This document shows, piece by piece, positions 38,335-47,444 of a stretch of 64,000 nt of DNA. The stretch comes from Giardia intestinalis (lineage: Eukaryota). A model generated the notes under the pieces. That model saw nothing but the letters and a program-made list of their open reading frames with translations. It was not told the origin of the DNA and did not search any database. How positions within the stretch are numbered: the stretch's first letter is position 1; the number at the start of each line of letters is the position of its first letter. Both the position numbers and the translations under genes were made by a program. The stretch lies in the NCBI GenBank assembly GCA_000002435.2, contig CM018791.1. The stretch is one strand, 5' to 3'.

Positions 38335-39018
38335 ATGACAACAAGCTCCCACTACCCCCCTCAATCGGACACGTTTACAACAATAATACACACACATGAG
38401 CCAGAAAACGAATCCTGGACACATCTTGCATCTGCAGCTGCCTCAGGTCATGTCGAATTAGTCAGAAAGTACATGAGAGATAGCCCTCAAATACCAATAG
38501 AGGGACAGATCCACTTCGGCTGGCATGCATTTCCAAAGCCGACGCCTCTTATTTTGGCGGCTGGCCACGGCCACCTTGACTGTGTTCGCTTGCTGATGAA
38601 AGATGGAGCCGGTTCCACCACATCGATGGACCAGACGGCCCTTATGGCAGCATCTGCAGGCTGCTACCCAGATATAGTATCAGAGCTTATGGATAAGGAG
38701 GCAGGCCGGGCTGACAAGAATGGATGGACAGCTCTAATGTACGCCGCTGATAGGGGCTGTGTGCCCGTTTGCCAAATGCTTGTTAAACTAGAAGCAAACC
38801 GAACAAGTTTGCGCTCTGAGACCGCCTTAATTCTTGCCGCGACTACTAACAAGAAGCAGGTAGTGGAGATTCTGGCGCCGTATGAAGCATCAGAAAGCGG
38901 CCTCCTCGCCATGGAGCTTACCTCAGACGAGGAGATCCGCAGAATAATTCACAAATACCTTTCGGATGATGCTATTCAAACTCTTATGGACAATGGGGAT
39001 CAGTACGTCTTTGAATGA
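38335..39018 (+). CDS. Small ankyrin-repeat protein (227 aa), Protein 21.1-like
   Basis: ATG at 38335 with an A-rich leader (aaattaaaaaatacgctttcacc). About five ankyrin repeats (LILAAGHGHLDCVRLLM, TALMAASAGCYPDIVSELM, TALMYAADRGCVPVCQML, TALILAATTNKKQVVEIL). Confidence 0.7.
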   Translation: MTTSSHYPPQSDTFTTIIHTHEPENESWTHLASAAASGHVELVRKYMRDSPQIPIEGQIHFGWHAFPKPTPLILAAGHGHLDCVRLLMKDGAGSTTSMDQTALMAASAGCYPDIVSELMDKEAGRADKNGWTALMYAADRGCVPVCQMLVKLEANRTSLRSETALILAATTNKKQVVEILAPYEASESGLLAMELTSDEEIRRIIHKYLSDDAIQTLMDNGDQYVFE

Positions 39019-39080
39019 TTTCTTCGTGCTTCGACGGTAGGTAATGAGCAGTAAACCTCTCTAAAGTTTGAAGAGCTGGC

Positions 39081-40454
39081 TTACTTTAAAATCTCCTGTT
39101 TCAGCTTCTCGACCATATCTTTGTTGGCTAGGAGCTCTTTCTCTAGGGTTGTCAGGCGAGCAAGAATGGTGGGCAAGTCTGCAACCAGTTCTCTGAGATC
39201 ATGCAATCTCCGCGGATTGTCCTCAGCCAGGATCTCTTGCTTCTTGGTAATGACCTTGAGCGTGCCGTCTAGCTCCTTTTGATACTTGATTACACGCAGC
39301 ACTAGTTCCGGGTTAAATACGTTAACCGTTTTGTTCATCTTTGCAATCTTTTCTGCACTGACATTTTGTTTTGCTTCGAGAGCCTTAATGCGGGCCATAA
39401 GCTCAGTGATTAACTTGGCCTGTGCATCTACAGTGTTCTGTAAAGCCACAAGCTCCTGGCGGTTCTCTACTCCCATTGCATGCATGCTTGTTGTTATGGC
39501 ATTGTGCAAAAACCCTGAGCTGATATCTGCGAGCTCTGCTGTTATGGCGGCAGTATCCCACTTAATACCTTGGCCAGGCGCAAGTGCAGGAATAGACTTT
39601 TTTCTGGACAGTGTCGCCTTCCTAGGGTAAGTGGGCTGCTGAACATTTTCCTGGACACTTTCACTGGTAGTGAACTGAATTGCAGATTTCGAACGCGGGA
39701 GAAACTGATGGGTTGCTGATCCTATTGGTATTGCAACAGTGGTGTTGTTAAGGGAGGCCGGAGGCGCTGGTCTCGTATCGGCCTTGGATTTATCGCCAAA
39801 CATGGCCATAAATGAGCCTGCGAAGCTGATTTTCTGGCCTGACTTAGCTGATAGTGGTGGCTGATAGGTCCTCGATGACTTATTGGGGGGAGATGGTGCT
39901 ACTGAATCAGTAAGGGGGGTGTCTTGAAGTAAAAGAGGCACAGTGTCGAAGAGTTCGCTTTGGAGGGCAGTAATACTGTCGTCGTCTTTGTAACATCTGA
40001 CGCTACTGGCGACACTGTTGGTCTCGCTAACTGAATCGTTGGGGCTGGTGAGGAGTACATGCTTACTGGGTCTACTTTCAATGGCAGTCACACCATCTGC
40101 TGCTAGCACAACTGAGCCAGGCGGTGAAGCAACAGGGGGCCCCTCCCTTGCCGTGCTAACCGGACCGATGGCGTTCAATCTGGTATCCAGTGACGTTGGT
40201 GGTTTTCTTCGCCTGAATGGCTTCTGCTGCATGTCAACACCTAGGGAATTGTTGCAATGAGAGTAGTGACTCTGACTTTGCGTCAAGTTAGAGAGATAGA
40301 TACTGTCAGATGAACTCAAATCATTGAACATGCCTATGCCTGCGGAAGCTGTGTTACTTAATTGAGCAGCCGACTCATCAATTTTGATGGTAGGGCCCTC
40401 ATAATTTGCATAGGATGAAGATAGGGTAGGGTTAGGTGGGGCAAATTTAAGCAT
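39081..40454 (-). CDS. Hypothetical protein with Ser-rich N-terminal half and C-terminal coiled coil
   Basis: ATG at 40454..40452. The C-terminal ~150 aa have a heptad-like pattern (LVALQNTVDAQAKLITELMARIKALEAKQ...LTTLEKELLANKDMVEKLKQEILK). No domain recognised. Confidence 0.5.
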   Translation of the reverse strand: MLKFAPPNPTLSSSYANYEGPTIKIDESAAQLSNTASAGIGMFNDLSSSDSIYLSNLTQSQSHYSHCNNSLGVDMQQKPFRRRKPPTSLDTRLNAIGPVSTAREGPPVASPPGSVVLAADGVTAIESRPSKHVLLTSPNDSVSETNSVASSVRCYKDDDSITALQSELFDTVPLLLQDTPLTDSVAPSPPNKSSRTYQPPLSAKSGQKISFAGSFMAMFGDKSKADTRPAPPASLNNTTVAIPIGSATHQFLPRSKSAIQFTTSESVQENVQQPTYPRKATLSRKKSIPALAPGQGIKWDTAAITAELADISSGFLHNAITTSMHAMGVENRQELVALQNTVDAQAKLITELMARIKALEAKQNVSAEKIAKMNKTVNVFNPELVLRVIKYQKELDGTLKVITKKQEILAEDNPRRLHDLRELVADLPTILARLTTLEKELLANKDMVEKLKQEILK

Positions 40455-40616
40455 TAAATTTTAGCACACGGTGTTCAGAACTTCTACAAAGCCCTTACTG
40501 CCCGGACCTAAAATTAGGTTTAAGAAGTCAGCCTGGCGCTCGCTTCAAAAAATAACTTAAGACATACTTTTGGGTTCTAAGGGCGAAATCTTTGGCTTTT
40601 TCACCGTCGATTCTCC

Positions 40617-41951
40617 ATGTCGCGTAGAGCAGCGATCAGTTACCTCCAGCCTGCAAAGCGCATACGTCCGTCTGCATTTAACATTAATTATTTGGAGCAA
40701 AACAAGAGCTATGGAGTGAGTACAGCCCCGCCTCTATTATCTCACCGAAGGCTATCACTGCGTCTGGAGTCCGATGAGGAGAGTAGCTCTGCACACAGTC
40801 AGTTCTCTTTGCCAAATAGTCCTACAAATTTTGCTCTGCTAGGATCAGAGGATAGTCAAGCTGCAAGCGAATACGATAGCAGACATCCGAAGCATACATG
40901 TTCCTTTCAAAAGCATAAGCAATCAAACACTTCGAAAAAGCCTGCACATACGTCTCCGCTGGCTTTACGCCACCCCCCTCACATACTTAAAACTCAATGG
41001 ATCAGCCGTTCAGCTCCCGTTTTGCCCAAGCTCCATCCGCCGACCGCCGTATCTTCTCATTCCAAGCCAGACCCAGCAACTACCTTTGCATCCAAATACA
41101 ACAAGGGAATGATCTTAGACTTCGGTGCATATGCAAAGGTGTATCGTTGCACACGAAAGTCTGACGGTGCAGCCCTCGCTGTGAAGGAGGCGCACGTGTT
41201 CGGCCCCTACAAGGAACAGCTCCTCCATTCTTGCAATATATTGCTCAATATTGACCATCCCCTCTTGACAAGAGTTGTGGACTATATCTATGACAGCACC
41301 GAGGAGAGGGTCTACGTCATCTCTGACCTGTATGAATATGGCTCGGTTTACTCCAAGCTTAAGGCCGAGAGGAGGAACTACAGCACAAGCTATCCTGATG
41401 AAAGAGTAGTCTGGGATATATCTTCGCAGCTGATCGACGCCCTTGAGTTTCTTCACAACCCTGAGAAAAATGGGTTTGGTGTAATCGTACATAGAGACAT
41501 TTCCCTGAAGAATATATTGGTTAGTGATATCGTTACAAAAAAGATAATAGTCATTCTATCTATCCTGGCTGTCGAGCTTGTCGGTAACTCGAAGACAGTA
41601 CAGCTGGTTGGCTGTCCCACATACGCAGCCCCAGAAGTGCTCTGCGGGTCGGAGTATGACGAAAAGGCTGACATTTGGTCTCTAGGGTGTGCTATCTATG
41701 AGGTGTGCAAAGGATATCAGCTGTTTTATAACGAGGCAATATCAGATATTATCAGAGCGCAGTACAGTAAGCCTGCAATCAACCTTGGGGTATATAGTGA
41801 GGATCTTCAGGAGTTCATCAAATCTCTGCTTGTGCTGGATCCGAATAAGCGTATTACCGCCAGTGAGGCTGCTAAGCACCCTAAGGTTATGGAAGCCAGA
41901 CAGCGCCTGGATTCTGGAGCTTCTGCAGGGTATGGGTGGTTCACCGGATGA
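40617..41951 (+). CDS. NEK-family protein kinase (no ankyrin repeats); DFG motif degenerate
   Basis: ATG at 40617. The Ser-rich N-terminal ~170 aa are followed by a kinase domain with ILDFGAYAKVY (G-loop), LAVKEAHV (VAIK), VIVHRDISLKNILV (HRD), GCPTYAAPEV (APE) and DIWSLGCAIYEV. The DFG position reads ILAVELVGNS, with no Asp. Confidence 0.75.
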   Translation: MSRRAAISYLQPAKRIRPSAFNINYLEQNKSYGVSTAPPLLSHRRLSLRLESDEESSSAHSQFSLPNSPTNFALLGSEDSQAASEYDSRHPKHTCSFQKHKQSNTSKKPAHTSPLALRHPPHILKTQWISRSAPVLPKLHPPTAVSSHSKPDPATTFASKYNKGMILDFGAYAKVYRCTRKSDGAALAVKEAHVFGPYKEQLLHSCNILLNIDHPLLTRVVDYIYDSTEERVYVISDLYEYGSVYSKLKAERRNYSTSYPDERVVWDISSQLIDALEFLHNPEKNGFGVIVHRDISLKNILVSDIVTKKIIVILSILAVELVGNSKTVQLVGCPTYAAPEVLCGSEYDEKADIWSLGCAIYEVCKGYQLFYNEAISDIIRAQYSKPAINLGVYSEDLQEFIKSLLVLDPNKRITASEAAKHPKVMEARQRLDSGASAGYGWFTG

Positions 41952-41956
41952 TGTGT

Positions 41957-42355
41957 CTAGACTATCGCCTTGGCCACGATTGGCAGCAGCATGGAATATG
42001 GGAGGCGTCTCTGCATGGCTGAAAAGCCGGACTCATATGCTGTCAAGAGCGTCTTGTCCAGGATGCGCTCTGGGTCATGCCAGTACGTCTTAGCGAAGGA
42101 TCGTACCCCTGCCTCGAGGAAGTTAATAGCGCTCGTCACGGTAATGTAAGGAGGAAGGGGAGATGAGAATACCCGTGAGCGCTGAGTGCCTGGAACGGGG
42201 TGTAGCCCCTGGGACCTTCTCAAATTATTCTCTGTTTCAAGGAGATCACGGACATGTAAATCTTCAAAGAGAGCGTAGTTGGCATTTCCGCAGCCAGGAT
42301 GTTTGGCCATGCGAGGATCATGGCAGATCTTGGGGGTCTCAAGAAAGTCAATCAT
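41957..42355 (-). CDS. Hypothetical small protein (132 aa) filling the gap between two genes; family not recognised
   Basis: The track ORF 41957..42607 opens on GTG and would overlap the divergent plus-strand gene. The in-frame ATG at 42355 (MIDFLETPKICHDPRMAKHPGCGNANYALFEDL...) gives a 25-nt divergent spacer to the ATG at 42380. Confidence 0.25.
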   Translation of the reverse strand: MIDFLETPKICHDPRMAKHPGCGNANYALFEDLHVRDLLETENNLRRSQGLHPVPGTQRSRVFSSPLPPYITVTSAINFLEAGVRSFAKTYWHDPERILDKTLLTAYESGFSAMQRRLPYSMLLPIVAKAIV

Positions 42356-42379
42356 GAGGCTAGATTTAAATAATTCTTC

Positions 42380-43573
42380 ATGCCCCCGAAAGATATCACA
42401 GGATACAGTAGTAATCAGAAGGCAAAAGAGGACGCAAATCCTCTCCCACATCTGAGTCAATTGGCTTGTTCGCCAACTTCCATAATTAATCAGTCCCAGA
42501 ACCAGAGCCAAACCAGGCCACCGAGCTATTCTGATGCAGGACGTCAACACTTTAACGACTACCCGTCGCTCAACAACATGATAACCCCCAGTTCTGGCTC
42601 TTCTCACTCAGGTAACTATCACCAGCAGAGCACCGTGGGAAGCCTACCGGCCTCTAACCTTGCCAGTAACATGGGTTCAGGCATGCCTCACTCTTCTTAT
42701 TTTACACACCCTTCAATGTCAGCAAGCCAGGTCAGTGGGCAGCAGCGTATACCCGTGGGATCATCATACCACCAGCAGGCACCAGTGCCCTCGCGCGATG
42801 ATCAGCGGCACACCGTATCAGTCAAGCATACTCCCGTTTTATCTACACCAAGTTTTGCCCATACTCAGCAGCCTGGAAGACCCGCCCATATGCAATCCGC
42901 ACCAACTGGCACAGTACCTGTTCAGCAGCACTCTCAGCACGATAGCTATCAGGACCCGAGAACACTACCTCAACGGCAGCAGAGTCAGATTCCATATTCT
43001 GCGTATCAACATCACTCTTCCTCGCCATATTCTCAGGTGCCAGGGTCTCTACCGTTCGTCCAGAGCAAATCGGAGTCGCAGCCGATGGGCTCGCGCTCCT
43101 CCAGCACACCACTGGTTACTGGCATGCCAGTTATGCATTCCTCCTCGGCACCAAACGTGCAGCCCGCAGTAGTGCCACGCTCGCCGCGAACTCAAGATAC
43201 CAGTTTGCCGCCTCCGCGGTTTGTGCCGACCTACGACAGTGAAACAATAGCACAAAGGGTAACCGGATATTATTCAAAGCAATCGTCTGATTTCGCTAGC
43301 CTCATCAAACTAATTCAGGATTCCTCAGCAGAGTACTCATGCATATTCAGTGACTCATTAGTGGCAGACCTTATTGGCGCATCCTCCTTAAGCTCTCCCT
43401 CGCAAGGACACTTACGGGCTATTGGTCTTACACTTCAGCACATGCTCACTTGCGTTCTCGAAAAGGCCCATGAGCTCTCGGTTACAACAAATCCCGAAGG
43501 CTCTTCCATCTTGACAGATGCTGATGTGAAAAACGCACTTACTATCCTCGGATTTACTTCGCTTGTAAATTAA
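42380..43573 (+). CDS. Hypothetical Ser/Gln/Pro-rich protein with a structured ~110-aa C-terminal domain
   Basis: ATG at 42380 with an A/T-rich leader (tagatttaaataattcttc). The first ~280 aa are low-complexity S/Q/P/H-rich. The C-terminus (ETIAQRVTGYYSKQ...ILTDADVKNALTILGFTSLVN) is helical, has a histone-fold-like flavour, and is unassigned. Confidence 0.5.
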   Translation: MPPKDITGYSSNQKAKEDANPLPHLSQLACSPTSIINQSQNQSQTRPPSYSDAGRQHFNDYPSLNNMITPSSGSSHSGNYHQQSTVGSLPASNLASNMGSGMPHSSYFTHPSMSASQVSGQQRIPVGSSYHQQAPVPSRDDQRHTVSVKHTPVLSTPSFAHTQQPGRPAHMQSAPTGTVPVQQHSQHDSYQDPRTLPQRQQSQIPYSAYQHHSSSPYSQVPGSLPFVQSKSESQPMGSRSSSTPLVTGMPVMHSSSAPNVQPAVVPRSPRTQDTSLPPPRFVPTYDSETIAQRVTGYYSKQSSDFASLIKLIQDSSAEYSCIFSDSLVADLIGASSLSSPSQGHLRAIGLTLQHMLTCVLEKAHELSVTTNPEGSSILTDADVKNALTILGFTSLVN

Positions 43574-43592
43574 CTGGGTTTCGCCTAAATGG

Positions 43593-44519
43593 TCATGCAT
43601 TGAATGGAAAGCCAAATGGGGGCGATACCTTAAAGGGATGTGGGCACTGAAAGCCAGGTAGTGAGGTGGGATGGTATATGGGCGAAAGAACGGGAAACGT
43701 ATGTGTAATTAGAGGGTAATGGCTCCCGTACGGAACAGTTTGAAAAGGAAGTGCAAACATAAGGTTTAGAGGGCCCTGGTGACCCGCCTGGAGCAGCCCG
43801 GGAGGAGGGTAGTCGGGCAGCATCAGTTTGTCAGACCGGACGGCGGAGCGCGTATGCCGTGCCGGAGGATTTGTACCGTTATATGACTGAACATTGCCAT
43901 CATTAGAGTAATTGTCTGCCAAGAAGTCAGGCTCGGTGAGCAGAGACGGAGTTGTAACGCCATCGTCAGAGGAAGAGGAAAATCGCTCCAAAGACAGGGC
44001 ATCGTGGCAATCCGTCCCGGGCAAAGTCCCAGGTGTACCACCGTTAGTATTGTAGTCGCTTCCTAAGAACGCATCAGTTGCGTCTGGGGTGAGACAGTGG
44101 GGTGTGTTGTTGAGCATATCTTCACGGGGTGAGACGTTCTTATAGCTAATAATAGATAAGTCTAAGATGTTAGAACTAGGTACACGCTGGTGTGGTGCAG
44201 AGCGAGCAGAGGATTTGCCGCTCCGCGGCCCCGGGGGAAAATCAATAATCTCACTGTCCAAAGCCACATTTCCATATATAGCACGATTATAGGCATCCCC
44301 ACGGCGCGTAAGCGTGTAGTATTTGTTCCTGATTGATGTGGCATTCCTCCCAGGGTAGTAGGCCACGTATTGGCTCCACGAGCGATTATAGACCTTGAAC
44401 AAACGCAGGAGAAGAAGCTCCTCATCTAGACCCCATTTCTTGCGAGTGACCCCTACGCGCTTCGGGTGAGCCCCCTGCGCTTTCATTGAAGCAGTGCTGA
44501 CCTTCACTGTTGTCGTCAT
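43593..44519 (-). CDS. Myb/SANT-like DNA-binding protein (single repeat) with Pro/Ser-rich C-terminal region
   Basis: ATG at 44519..44517. RKKWGLDEELLLLRLFKVYNRSWSQYVAYYPGRNATSIRNKYYTLTRR fits a Myb/SANT repeat (W...EE..L......G..W..IA...PGR....I+N+(Y/W)). Confidence 0.65.
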   Translation of the reverse strand: MTTTVKVSTASMKAQGAHPKRVGVTRKKWGLDEELLLLRLFKVYNRSWSQYVAYYPGRNATSIRNKYYTLTRRGDAYNRAIYGNVALDSEIIDFPPGPRSGKSSARSAPHQRVPSSNILDLSIISYKNVSPREDMLNNTPHCLTPDATDAFLGSDYNTNGGTPGTLPGTDCHDALSLERFSSSSDDGVTTPSLLTEPDFLADNYSNDGNVQSYNGTNPPARHTRSAVRSDKLMLPDYPPPGLLQAGHQGPLNLMFALPFQTVPYGSHYPLITHTFPVLSPIYHPTSLPGFQCPHPFKVSPPFGFPFNA

Positions 44520-44597
44520 AAAAGCAGTTGTAAAAGTAAAGAGTTAAGGCTTAAAAAATAAGTACGTTTGGCGTTTCTTTATTACCTGTGGAAGCAG
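44520..44597. promoter_or_regulatory. Putative bidirectional A/T-rich promoter between divergent Myb-like and Arp genes
   Basis: A 78-bp spacer aaagcagttgtaaaagtaaagagttaaggcttaaaaaataagtacg... lies between the ATGs at 44519(-) and 44598(+). Confidence 0.4.
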
Positions 44598-47408
44598 ATG
44601 CAATCTGTCTCCTATGCTGCCCCCAAGTTTGCAAAAGAGAGAGGGTGCCGTACAATTGTTTTGGTGCCAGATGAGTACGAAACCCGCATCGGCCTTGCAC
44701 ACGGCACTGAGCCTATCTTGGTCCCTGCCCTGGTTGCTGTGCGGACACGAGAATCTCCTACGCGGGGTAGTGGTGTTCATCGGTATCACTTTCCTTTATT
44801 CTATGAACGGCTTATGCTTAATTCTTTAATAAATGGGTATCCACAGGCACCCTTGTCTAAATTCCAAGAGTTTAAGAAGGATTACCCCCAGATGGTGCCT
44901 TCAGCAGATACTATCGACGAAACAGACAACGATGAGCAGGTCAGGGAGCTGTCTGACCCTTTTTTATTCGGAAAGGACGTTCTATCGGCATCGTTAGCCG
45001 AGAATTATGACATTTATAATGTGTTTACCGGCGGCGGGCATTTAAACGTTCAGGGGTGTAGTTCACAGCTCCAATATTTAAAGCTTTTAGAGCGTTTTAT
45101 CCGCTACTTATTCACCCAGGTTGTCTCACGCTTTGAAAGTAACCTTATAGAGCTTCAGGAGCTCACTGGGGCCTTTAAAGTCAACCAGGAGCCAAAGCGT
45201 GCCGAGGACAGTCTTGGGGCTTTGGGTTCCTCCGCAGGACCAATCGCTGTCCCTGTGGCACCCCCTCACAACCTGGATGTAGCAGATGGTGGCGGTGAAG
45301 GCGAAGTGCAAGAACTGAAGCAGGAGAAGCAAGAAAAGAAGGCTAGGCCAAAGGCTAAGCGACCCTGCGTTCAGATAACAAAGGACGATACTATTGTAGC
45401 AGACACAGACATACCCATATACCAATCAGAAAGCGAGCTGCGGCAGGTGACGGCTGCCACAAGCAACCTGTTTGGCACCAATGCCAGATCATTGCTCCCC
45501 ACAAGGGAGAGGTTGCAGCTCTTCCACAAGCGCAGGCGACTCAACTACCTTGCAGCCCCATATGCACCCGAGCAATATACCATCGCCGTTGTGCTCCCAG
45601 ACACAATCACTCGTGCAGAATTGAGCATTTGGACCGAAATTATATATGGCAGGCTGGGATTTTCGGGGGCATTCATCTCAACTGCGACCCCCATGGCATC
45701 TTCCTTCTCCAGTGCCTCATGCATGACGCTTTCAGCCACGGCATCCTGTTCTAGAGCCTGCATCGCAGACCCAAGCAACTTCTCATTAAATAATGCATAT
45801 GCCCCTCTGACTATATGCGGAGACGTTATTCTAGGAACCGTTGCTGGCGTGTTGCACTCTCTCGTCGAGGTCGGCAGAAGGAAGACACCGTCGATAGACA
45901 CTGCTGAATCAATGAGCAACTTGGTCGCTCTCCATGACTTTCTACATCTGTATCTGCTTAAGAAAGAGAACGCTCTTCTGTATTTTCAGGAGGCTTATGC
46001 TCAGCTTCTCGAGCAGCTGGTTCTCCCGGACAAGTCCCTGTTGAATCAGTATTTTGAGTGCAAGTCGAACTGTTCCCCGGAGGAATTTAATTGCCTTGCA
46101 AAAAATATAATAAAGCACATCTTATTCAGTTCTGAACATGTGCTCTTTAGTTTGCTGCGGAATAATGGTTTGTCATACGAGGCATTGACTGCACAACCTG
46201 ACGATGATGTCCAGGCCCCAGTCATCAGTCTTGTCCAAAGCTATCCACAGAGATTTCTTTCTGTGCTACTCAAAAGGCAATCTGACCAGCAACAACAAGA
46301 GCAATGCGGTGAAGGCAGTGAAACCTTTAGGAATGGTAAGGATGATAGCGGCGTAAGCAGAGATAGGTATGCATCTATGGGACAGTCTATGGAGCAATCT
46401 AGGCCAATTTCTACGTGTCTTACAGTGAGTTTAGGATATGTGGGCTTGGTTGCTGCAGTTTGTCTATTGAATAATTGGCTGTTTGAGACGCCCAAGCCTC
46501 ACTTCCCTGTACTCTATGCTAGCCAGCATGCGGGTACAGGACTCGAAAAGTTCTTGGTTGATGATACTAATTTCTCTCTTCGCACACTATCACCGAATGA
46601 GCACTTGCAAAATTTAAATGCAAGCCGCTTGCTGGATATAGATTCAAGTGCATGCATTGGCCAGTTTTCGTTTCCATTTGACACCGTAAAGAAGGAGGTG
46701 ATTGACATGTACCAGAAAATCCCCACTACGGATTCCTCAGCAGGAGTCTCTGTGAACGCTGTTCTGGCGACAAAGTATGGAGCCCCAGAGACACTTTCTA
46801 GAGTACACTCTGTCTTGTTTGCAATCTTCATGCACTTACTTAGGCTTTCTTACCTTGTTGACAGCATGCTCAATAAGGAAGAAGCCAAGGGGAAAGGTGG
46901 GCAATCAGTTACTTCTGCCTCTACCAAAGACGCGCCTCCAGATGAGCTAGAGGCGTCGGACACAATAAAGGAGCCCGCAATAAAGAACACCGTGCCTGCA
47001 TCTGGTCCAGCCAAAGGGAAATCGCAGGGGTATGCTACCGGTATCAGCCTCAATTCAAAGGTTGCCTCTGTTTTGCAGATCTTCAAGAGCATCGTAACAA
47101 CTGGAATGCTTGTCTATCTCCCTGGATTAGTAGAATACCTTGGACAAAGCTTTTTAAAGGAGGAGAGCTATCCTGAGCTTCTAGAATTAGGTGTCAAAAA
47201 GGATGACGTTACGATAAGGTCTGCCAGCCTAGAGTGGCTAGATCAAAACTTCCGCATAGGGCCCGACCGAACAGCCTCTTTGGAGTGGCTAGGGGGCGCC
47301 TGGAGCGCACTCTGCGATGCGGGCATAGAATGCTATGTTACCTCAGAGGAGTTCCGTGCTTATGGCGTTCGTGTATTCATGGAGCGTGCGCTCTTCTTTT
47401 ATCCGTAA
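44598..47408 (+). CDS. Actin-related protein with large insertions (nuclear Arp5/Arp8-like), ~936 aa
   Basis: The ORF-track start at 44568 is TTG; the first ATG is 44598 (MQSVSYAAPKFAKERGCRTIVLVPDEYETRIGLAHGTEPILVPALVAVRTRES). This parallels the actin N-terminus [32 protein letters not shown]. The C-terminal LEWLGGAWSAL...YVTSEEFRAYGVRVFMERALF parallels actin SVWIGGSILASL...WITKQEYDE...IVHRKCF. Long unique insertions lie between. Confidence 0.5.
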   Translation: MQSVSYAAPKFAKERGCRTIVLVPDEYETRIGLAHGTEPILVPALVAVRTRESPTRGSGVHRYHFPLFYERLMLNSLINGYPQAPLSKFQEFKKDYPQMVPSADTIDETDNDEQVRELSDPFLFGKDVLSASLAENYDIYNVFTGGGHLNVQGCSSQLQYLKLLERFIRYLFTQVVSRFESNLIELQELTGAFKVNQEPKRAEDSLGALGSSAGPIAVPVAPPHNLDVADGGGEGEVQELKQEKQEKKARPKAKRPCVQITKDDTIVADTDIPIYQSESELRQVTAATSNLFGTNARSLLPTRERLQLFHKRRRLNYLAAPYAPEQYTIAVVLPDTITRAELSIWTEIIYGRLGFSGAFISTATPMASSFSSASCMTLSATASCSRACIADPSNFSLNNAYAPLTICGDVILGTVAGVLHSLVEVGRRKTPSIDTAESMSNLVALHDFLHLYLLKKENALLYFQEAYAQLLEQLVLPDKSLLNQYFECKSNCSPEEFNCLAKNIIKHILFSSEHVLFSLLRNNGLSYEALTAQPDDDVQAPVISLVQSYPQRFLSVLLKRQSDQQQQEQCGEGSETFRNGKDDSGVSRDRYASMGQSMEQSRPISTCLTVSLGYVGLVAAVCLLNNWLFETPKPHFPVLYASQHAGTGLEKFLVDDTNFSLRTLSPNEHLQNLNASRLLDIDSSACIGQFSFPFDTVKKEVIDMYQKIPTTDSSAGVSVNAVLATKYGAPETLSRVHSVLFAIFMHLLRLSYLVDSMLNKEEAKGKGGQSVTSASTKDAPPDELEASDTIKEPAIKNTVPASGPAKGKSQGYATGISLNSKVASVLQIFKSIVTTGMLVYLPGLVEYLGQSFLKEESYPELLELGVKKDDVTIRSASLEWLDQNFRIGPDRTASLEWLGGAWSALCDAGIECYVTSEEFRAYGVRVFMERALFFYP

Positions 47409-47444
47409 GCCAGTAAATAGCCTGGGCCGTGGAAATTAAAACTC

